DNA of 64,000 bases from Zhongshania sp. (GTDB lineage: Bacteria; Pseudomonadota; Gammaproteobacteria; Pseudomonadales; Spongiibacteraceae): assembly GCA_046712405.1 (NCBI GenBank), contig JBKEFB010000001.1, positions 12,584-76,583 on the forward strand, written 5' to 3'. The position numbers and the translations under genes were made by a program. The notes below the pieces were generated by a model. That model was not told the origin of the DNA. It did not search any database and saw only the letters and a list, made by a program, of their open reading frames with translations. This document shows positions 57,649 to 64,000 of the stretch, in pieces. Each line of letters opens with the position of its first letter. Positions within the stretch are counted from its first letter, which is position 1.

Positions 57649-58086
57649 CTAACCGCGTTCCTGGCGCTCTTTGATTTCGTCTAGCGTTTTACAGTCGATA
57701 CACAAAGTGGCAGTTGGTCTAGCTTCAAGACGCTTAATGCCGATATCTACACCGCAGGTGTCACAGAAACCGTAGTCATTTTCGTCAATCAGGTTGAGGG
57801 TTGAATCAATCTTCTTAATCAACTTGCGCTCGCGATCACGGGTACGTAACTCAAGACTGAACTCCTCTTCCTGAGTCGCGCGGTCTGCGGGATCAGGGAA
57901 GTTAGCGGCTTCGTCCTTCATGTGACTTACAGTACGGTCAACTTCTTCCATTAACTCAGCTTTCCAGCTAAGCAAAATCTGGCGAAAGTGCTCCTTCTGT
58001 TTGTCGTTCATATATGCTTCGCCCTTTTTTTCTTTATAAGGAACGAAGGTCTTTAAATTGTCAGTTGTACTCTGCTGTGCAGGCAT
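57649..58086 (-). CDS. dksA: RNA polymerase-binding protein DksA
   Basis: [17 protein letters not shown]...CIDC zinc finger. Confidence 0.97.
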   Translation of the reverse strand: MPAQQSTTDNLKTFVPYKEKKGEAYMNDKQKEHFRQILLSWKAELMEEVDRTVSHMKDEAANFPDPADRATQEEEFSLELRTRDRERKLIKKIDSTLNLIDENDYGFCDTCGVDIGIKRLEARPTATLCIDCKTLDEIKERQERG

Positions 58087-58290
58087 GGTTGGCCCCTTCT
58101 GTACAAGCCGTTAACCGCAAACTGCGGATATGCGCGACGACGCTGTGTCGTCAAATCGGCAAAACTACCAGATATGTCCGTCTTGTGCTACACGAAATTC
58201 ACCTTAAATGTCTCGAGTAGCCAGTTGTGGCGATGTTAAGGCGTTGCAGATACAGCTACACTGCCATTTTTGGCTAACAGGTAGAGTGTA

Positions 58291-59451
58291 GTGATGAACT
58301 CTTTTGCGCGCCGGCTGGCAGATATAGAACCCTTTCGAGTGGTTGAAGTATTAACGCGAGCCAAGCAGCTTGCGGCGGCGGGACGCGATATTGTGCATAT
58401 GGAAGCGGGCGAGCCAGACTTTAGCACGGTGGCGGCTGTTGTTAATGCCGCGAAGGCGTCATTAGATCGAGGCGAAACCTATTATACCCCCGCAGCGGGC
58501 ATCCCTGAGTTGCGACAGGCTATCTCTCGATTTTATCGAACCGAGCACGGCCTAGATATTGCGCCTGAACGAATAATGATTACGCCGGGTGCATCGGGCG
58601 CCTTGCTATTGTTGGCGGGCTTACTAATTAATCCTGGCGAGGGTATGTTGATGACCGACCCGGGCTATCCCTGCAATCGTCATTTTTTACGTTTGGTTGA
58701 GGGCGAGGGTCAGTTGGTCCCTGTGGGGCCAGAGGATCGGTTTCAGCTTAATGCCGAGAAAGCGGAACAATATTGGCAGCCAAATACCAGGGGAATTATG
58801 GTGGCGTCGCCAGCAAATCCGACCGGTGAGATATTGTGTGCAGCGCAGTTGCGAGATCTTCACGCCTTGTGTGAACACAAACAGGGGTATTTGGTGGTGG
58901 ATGAAATTTATCACGGCTTAAATTACGGCGTCGACGCGCCCAGTATTTTATCGATTACCGACAAGGCGTTTGTGATTAACAGTTTTTCAAAATATTTTGG
59001 TATGACGGGTTGGCGTCTAGGTTGGTTGGTTGCTCCAGAAGAGGCCGTGCCACATTTAGAAAAGCTCGCTCAGAATTTCTTTATATCCATGTCGACTATG
59101 GGGCAATACGCGGCGTTGGCCGCGTTTGAGCCGGACACTCGCGTAGAGTTGAATCGGCGTCGAGATGAATTTGCGGCGCGGCGTGATTACCTGTTGCCGG
59201 CGCTGCGGGACTTGGGGTTTGATATACCACACTGCCCAGATGGCGCGCTGTATCTATATGCCGGTATTCAGAGGTTTAAGACCAATAGTCAGCAGTTTTG
59301 TTTAAACCTGCTGGAAAATCATGGCATTGCCATTACGCCTGGCGAGGATTTTGGCCGCTATCAGGCGGATCAGCATGTTCGTTTTGCGTACACCACAGGG
59401 CTTGCGCGATTAGAGGAGGGGGTGGCTCGGCTACGTAGTGTTTTGGACTAG
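58291..59451 (+). CDS. PLP-dependent class I/II aminotransferase
   Basis: GEPDF, SPANPTG, DEIY, SFSKYFGMTGWRLG. Confidence 0.93.
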   Translation: MMNSFARRLADIEPFRVVEVLTRAKQLAAAGRDIVHMEAGEPDFSTVAAVVNAAKASLDRGETYYTPAAGIPELRQAISRFYRTEHGLDIAPERIMITPGASGALLLLAGLLINPGEGMLMTDPGYPCNRHFLRLVEGEGQLVPVGPEDRFQLNAEKAEQYWQPNTRGIMVASPANPTGEILCAAQLRDLHALCEHKQGYLVVDEIYHGLNYGVDAPSILSITDKAFVINSFSKYFGMTGWRLGWLVAPEEAVPHLEKLAQNFFISMSTMGQYAALAAFEPDTRVELNRRRDEFAARRDYLLPALRDLGFDIPHCPDGALYLYAGIQRFKTNSQQFCLNLLENHGIAITPGEDFGRYQADQHVRFAYTTGLARLEEGVARLRSVLD

Positions 59452-59634
59452 CGGGCTTGGGGTTCTTTAGGGTTAGTGCCTAGGCCGTGGGGCATAAAAA
59501 ATCTGGGCACCGAATAACTCGGTATTACTGGATGTTTATTGTGATAGTCGAGGTTATAGCCTCGGCTATGCGTTTGGCAAGGACCTTCATTTTTGGACAA
59601 AATTAGGCCTCGAAATATCGCTTGATATTGGTCT

Positions 59635-59814
59635 TTAGCAAGTGCTGTCAAGGGAGGGAGCGATGTGGGCTGAATTTAGCTTGCCGATGTATATTTGGGT
59701 GGCGTTCAAGACAGCGGATCTTTTGATAGGGTCCGCTAAGACGTCTTGACGAAAATTCCTGAGTAATAGTTTAAGGTCGTGCCAGTCTGCAGTATCAGGT
59801 TTTGTTGGCAGCAT
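59635..59814 (-). CDS. Small hypothetical protein (59 aa)
   Basis: AAGGGA RBS-like sequence before ATG 59814; MLPTKPDTADWHDLKLLLRNFRQDVLADP...; fills the gap between annotated genes. Confidence 0.35.
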   Translation of the reverse strand: MLPTKPDTADWHDLKLLLRNFRQDVLADPIKRSAVLNATQIYIGKLNSAHIAPSLDSTC

Positions 59815-59949
59815 AAAATCCCTTTTTCTGCTTGGACGGGATTGTCGTCAAGGTAGTGATTTGTGGTGCTACTATATTAATAATTTTAGAGTGTTTATAT
59901 TAGCGCAAGCCCGTTAATACGGTGTTAGCGTGGGCTGAAGGGGTCGGTA

Positions 59950-60546
59950 TTGAGAGGTAAAACGGCAGAAGAGGTGGCGCTCCATCATATTATAGAGCGC
60001 TTAGGTAAATTTAAGCCTCGGCAGCGATGGTGGCGACGCTGGGTGAAGCGCTCTGCTGTCGCAATCATTCTGCGAGAGCTGAATGACCAAATCGAAGTCT
60101 TAATGATAAAAAGAGCAGATCGAGAGGGCGATCCTTGGTCTGGCCACATGGCATTTCCCGGTGGCAGAATGGATCGAGGGGATATTACTGGCCTGCGTAC
60201 GGCGATACGTGAGACCGAGGAAGAAACCGGTATTTATTTAGAAAAGGCCGGTCATTGTATTGGTCGTTTGTCGGATATTGTTAGTCGCCCTCATTCTGGC
60301 CGACAGCCCATGGTGGTCACACCCTATGCATTTAGACTGCATACGGCGGTGAGTATTGAGCCAAATCATGAGGTCGCTGAGGCAGTTTGGATTCCATTAA
60401 GCTTTTTAATGGATCCAGAAGAGCGCCAGACGATGGCGTGGGGTAATGGTAAGTTGACACTCACATTGCCATGCTACTTTTTCGGGAAGCGCCGTATATG
60501 GGGGATGTCACTGAAAATGCTCGACGAGTTACTTGGCCTCATTTGA
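59950..60546 (+). CDS. Nudix CoA pyrophosphatase (NudL-like)
   Basis: WSGHMAFPGGR, Nudix box AIRETEEETG, IWGMS. Confidence 0.88.
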   Translation: MRGKTAEEVALHHIIERLGKFKPRQRWWRRWVKRSAVAIILRELNDQIEVLMIKRADREGDPWSGHMAFPGGRMDRGDITGLRTAIRETEEETGIYLEKAGHCIGRLSDIVSRPHSGRQPMVVTPYAFRLHTAVSIEPNHEVAEAVWIPLSFLMDPEERQTMAWGNGKLTLTLPCYFFGKRRIWGMSLKMLDELLGLI

Positions 60547-61281
60547 GTCATTTTCGGATTTCTCGGTCGGGTCGATAGCTTCTTCTTCGGGCCGCTCGGC
60601 CTCCAAGCCCGAGCGCAAATTGGGCCGCACTGGACCAAACTGCGCTTCCTGGCTTTGCTCTGGTTCGGGCCGCAGGTTGCGCTGATCTTCCCACAGGAAA
60701 ATTTTGGTTTCGTTGAGCAATTGTCGCCCTTGGCTTTGAGGTCTAGCGGCTTCCGCCAGGGCCTCGTCGGGCAGCAGTTTTCGCAGCCAAGCTTTAAAAA
60801 CCGCCATAATAACCGGGGTTTTCTTGGCGTCGACATATTGCCAGCGTGAGCCGTCAAGAATATTGCCGGACACCCGGTCCTCTTTTACGGGCAACCAGTA
60901 TACCCCGCAGCTCGATAAACTGAAGTCGTCTTGACGGCCAAAGCTGACATTAGCTTTAAAGGGGTTGAAGGCGTCCTCAGGTGGCGTGTCTATAAGGTGC
61001 AAGGCCATTATCCATTGGCTTCCTGGGAGGAAATCCTTGGCCTCTGGTCGACATAAATTGTCTTTATTGCCCCAAATTCGAATTTGTTCGCGGTACTCAT
61101 TACCCTGAATGACTTCCTTGATGTTTAAATCAAAACTATTGCCTTTGCCGCGCCCTACTTCGCCGAAGACCACGAGGTCGGCCTCGGTATAAACCGTTTT
61201 AAATGGCCCCTGCCACAGACACTCGCAGGCGAGGGTGGTCGCACTAAAGCACAAGCAAATAATGATGAGCGCAATTTTCAA
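60529..61281 (-). CDS. Exported hypothetical protein with TIMP/NTR-like N-terminal CxC
   Basis: Signal peptide ending TLA, mature N-terminus CEC, ADLVVFGEV. Confidence 0.65.
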   Translation of the reverse strand: MKIALIIICLCFSATTLACECLWQGPFKTVYTEADLVVFGEVGRGKGNSFDLNIKEVIQGNEYREQIRIWGNKDNLCRPEAKDFLPGSQWIMALHLIDTPPEDAFNPFKANVSFGRQDDFSLSSCGVYWLPVKEDRVSGNILDGSRWQYVDAKKTPVIMAVFKAWLRKLLPDEALAEAARPQSQGRQLLNETKIFLWEDQRNLRPEPEQSQEAQFGPVRPNLRSGLEAERPEEEAIDPTEKSENDSNEAK

Positions 61282-61370
61282 TAGTTTTCCTTAACATGCT
61301 CGGTGGTGTCGGTCGGAGTAATTAATAGTTAATCATATACTGCTTAGGCAGGTATTTTAACGATCTCAAT

Positions 61371-61402
61371 AAAAAAGGGTGCAGCCAGCGCTACACCCTT
61401 TT
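61371..61402 (-). terminator. Rho-independent terminator
   Basis: aaaaaagggtgcagc-cagc-gctacaccctttt. Confidence 0.75.
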
Positions 61403-61421
61403 CGGGGATCTTGCTTGATAT

Positions 61422-62159
61422 TTAGATATCGAGCACAAGGCCAATAAAGTAGCCATCAACGGTAACATTGGCTTCTTCGTTGTCGTCTTTTAGTTGAACA
61501 TCAAAATTGCGGTAGCCGATTTCCAGACCAAGAATACCGAGTTCATATCCTACAGCAAGGGTCATATCGGTGATTTTGTTATCGCCAAATGCAATGACAT
61601 TCCCAAGGCCAGAGGCGTAAAAGCCAGTTAGTGGCAATTCAAGTCGGGCGTTTACATAGGCCATGGGGACTGGCGCGTTTATCTCGATAGAGCCCTCGTC
61701 GCTGGCGTCTCGAATGCTGACTTCACCGTCGAACATGCGCACTGTTAAGCCAACATCAATATTTACCCAGTTATCTAAAATTTCGTAGTACAAAGTTGCA
61801 TCTGTATGAGTCAGGTCGGTTGTTGAATTAACTGTATCGCCTTCTTCGTAATTTTTGCCATCGAAGCGGAAATCTTTTGAAAGTTTGCCGGTTTCGGTGA
61901 TCTCTAAATCGCTGCGCTGAAGGCGGATATTCGGCAGTAGCGGTACAGGGTGCTCTAACGCGACGTAAAAACTTTTGCCCGTTTCATCGTCATAGTCGAG
62001 GTCGTCACTCATTGAGGCACTTTGCGAGCCTGCTTTAACATCGCCGTCCCAACTTTGCTTCCAGATATAGGCGCCGGCGGTGGCCCCGACAATATCAGCC
62101 TGAGTGGCAACAGACGCGCTTGCTGCAAGTATGGCCAAGACTAGTAGTCGTTGTTGCAT
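61422..62159 (-). CDS. Outer-membrane beta-barrel protein (TIGR04219-like)
   Basis: Signal peptide from ATG 62159, ALEHPVPLLPNIRL, LYYEILDN, GYFIGLVLDI. Confidence 0.82.
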   Translation of the reverse strand: MQQRLLVLAILAASASVATQADIVGATAGAYIWKQSWDGDVKAGSQSASMSDDLDYDDETGKSFYVALEHPVPLLPNIRLQRSDLEITETGKLSKDFRFDGKNYEEGDTVNSTTDLTHTDATLYYEILDNWVNIDVGLTVRMFDGEVSIRDASDEGSIEINAPVPMAYVNARLELPLTGFYASGLGNVIAFGDNKITDMTLAVGYELGILGLEIGYRNFDVQLKDDNEEANVTVDGYFIGLVLDI

Positions 62160-62225
62160 ATTAAGTTTCCTATATTGAAATTTTATTTGCGATAACAATA
62201 AGCGGTCTCTGTGACAGCGTAAATA

Positions 62226-63245
<1,020 letters not shown>

Positions 63246-64000
63246 TCAGCGCAAAGTCTTAAAAACGTGTTCCGCAACATCCAGTGTTTCTTCAATCACG
63301 GCGTCGCTATGAGCGGCAGACATAAAGCCTGCCTCGTAGGCTGCGGGGGCAAGATAGACGCCGCCCATTAGCATGCCGTGGAAAAAGCGATTAAAGCGAT
63401 CAGTGTTGCAGGCCATGACTTGCTGGTAGTTGGTGATGTGTTTTTCTTCAGTAAAAAACACCCCGAACATGCTGCCAACGTGATTGCTGGTCATGGGGAT
63501 CCCGGCCGCAGTTGCCCGCGCTACTATACCCTTTACCAGCATATCGGTGGCGCGGAAAACGGGGTCGTAAAAGCCGTCTTTTTCAATGTGTTTCATCATG
63601 CACAAGCCGGCAGCCATGGCAATAGGGTTACCCGAGAGCGTACCCGCTTGATAAACTGGGCCACTTGGCGCGACGAATTCCATAATGTCGCGTTTGCCGC
63701 CGAATGCAGCTACCGGCATGCCGCCGCCAATCACTTTGCCAAGACAGGTAATATCTGCGGTCACACCGTAATAGCCTTGAGCACCTTGGAGGCCGAGGCG
63801 GAAGCCGGTCATGACTTCGTCAATAATTAATACTGCACCGCTCTGGTCGCAGCACTCTCTTAAGCATTCAAGAAAGCCGGGTATTGGCGGTACACAATTC
63901 ATATTGCCAGCGACGGGCTCGACAATAATACAGGCAACCTGTTCACCGTATTCAGCAAAGGCGGCGCGTGCGCCCTCAATGTCGTTGTAGTTCAGGGTAA
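63246..64000 (-). CDS. hemL: Glutamate-1-semialdehyde 2,1-aminomutase, N-terminus outside the window
   Basis: [38 protein letters not shown]. Confidence 0.96.
   Translation of the reverse strand, partial: TLNYNDIEGARAAFAEYGEQVACIIVEPVAGNMNCVPPIPGFLECLRECCDQSGAVLIIDEVMTGFRLGLQGAQGYYGVTADITCLGKVIGGGMPVAAFGGKRDIMEFVAPSGPVYQAGTLSGNPIAMAAGLCMMKHIEKDGFYDPVFRATDMLVKGIVARATAAGIPMTSNHVGSMFGVFFTEEKHITNYQQVMACNTDRFNRFFHGMLMGGVYLAPAAYEAGFMSAAHSDAVIEETLDVAEHVFKTLR

Overview
Window from a gammaproteobacterial chromosome (gene order suggests a marine Cellvibrionales/Pseudomonadales-like organism; inference) in three parts. (1) 1-21.2 kb: accessory catabolic region with an FMO/BASS/SDR/TauE/TonB-receptor/SGNH operon, a divergent cluster of carotenoid-oxygenase-family dioxygenase, PaaN-like aldehyde dehydrogenase, acyl-CoA ligase, nitronate monooxygenase, TonB receptor and tandem-HxlR regulator, plus decayed genes. 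(2) 21.4-40.8 kb: two degenerate structured repeats around a lipoprotein gene, a tightly coupled 16-kb nine-gene minus-strand operon, and a Phd/zeta-like toxin-antitoxin pair. The operon is the most interesting element: FAD/NAD(P)H oxidoreductase fused to two cNMP-binding domains and a 4x[4Fe-4S] domain, di-heme-b membrane protein, FHA-anchored decaheme cytochrome c, tandem GlcG/HbpS lipoprotein, outer-membrane beta-barrel, 10-heme cytochrome with LVIVD repeats, 5-heme cytochrome, PP2C phosphatase and double-FHA protein. It reads as a candidate signal-gated trans-envelope electron conduit (inference). (3) 40.8-64 kb: core genes (ybiT, folM, acs, panDCB, dNK, folK, pcnB, cbrB, cbrA, gluQ, dksA, hemB, hemL), with an unannotated ~115-nt CrcZ-like sRNA carrying a full sigma54/CbrB/IHF promoter, and the small cbrX ORF. 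All calls come from reading motifs by eye; no database searches were run.
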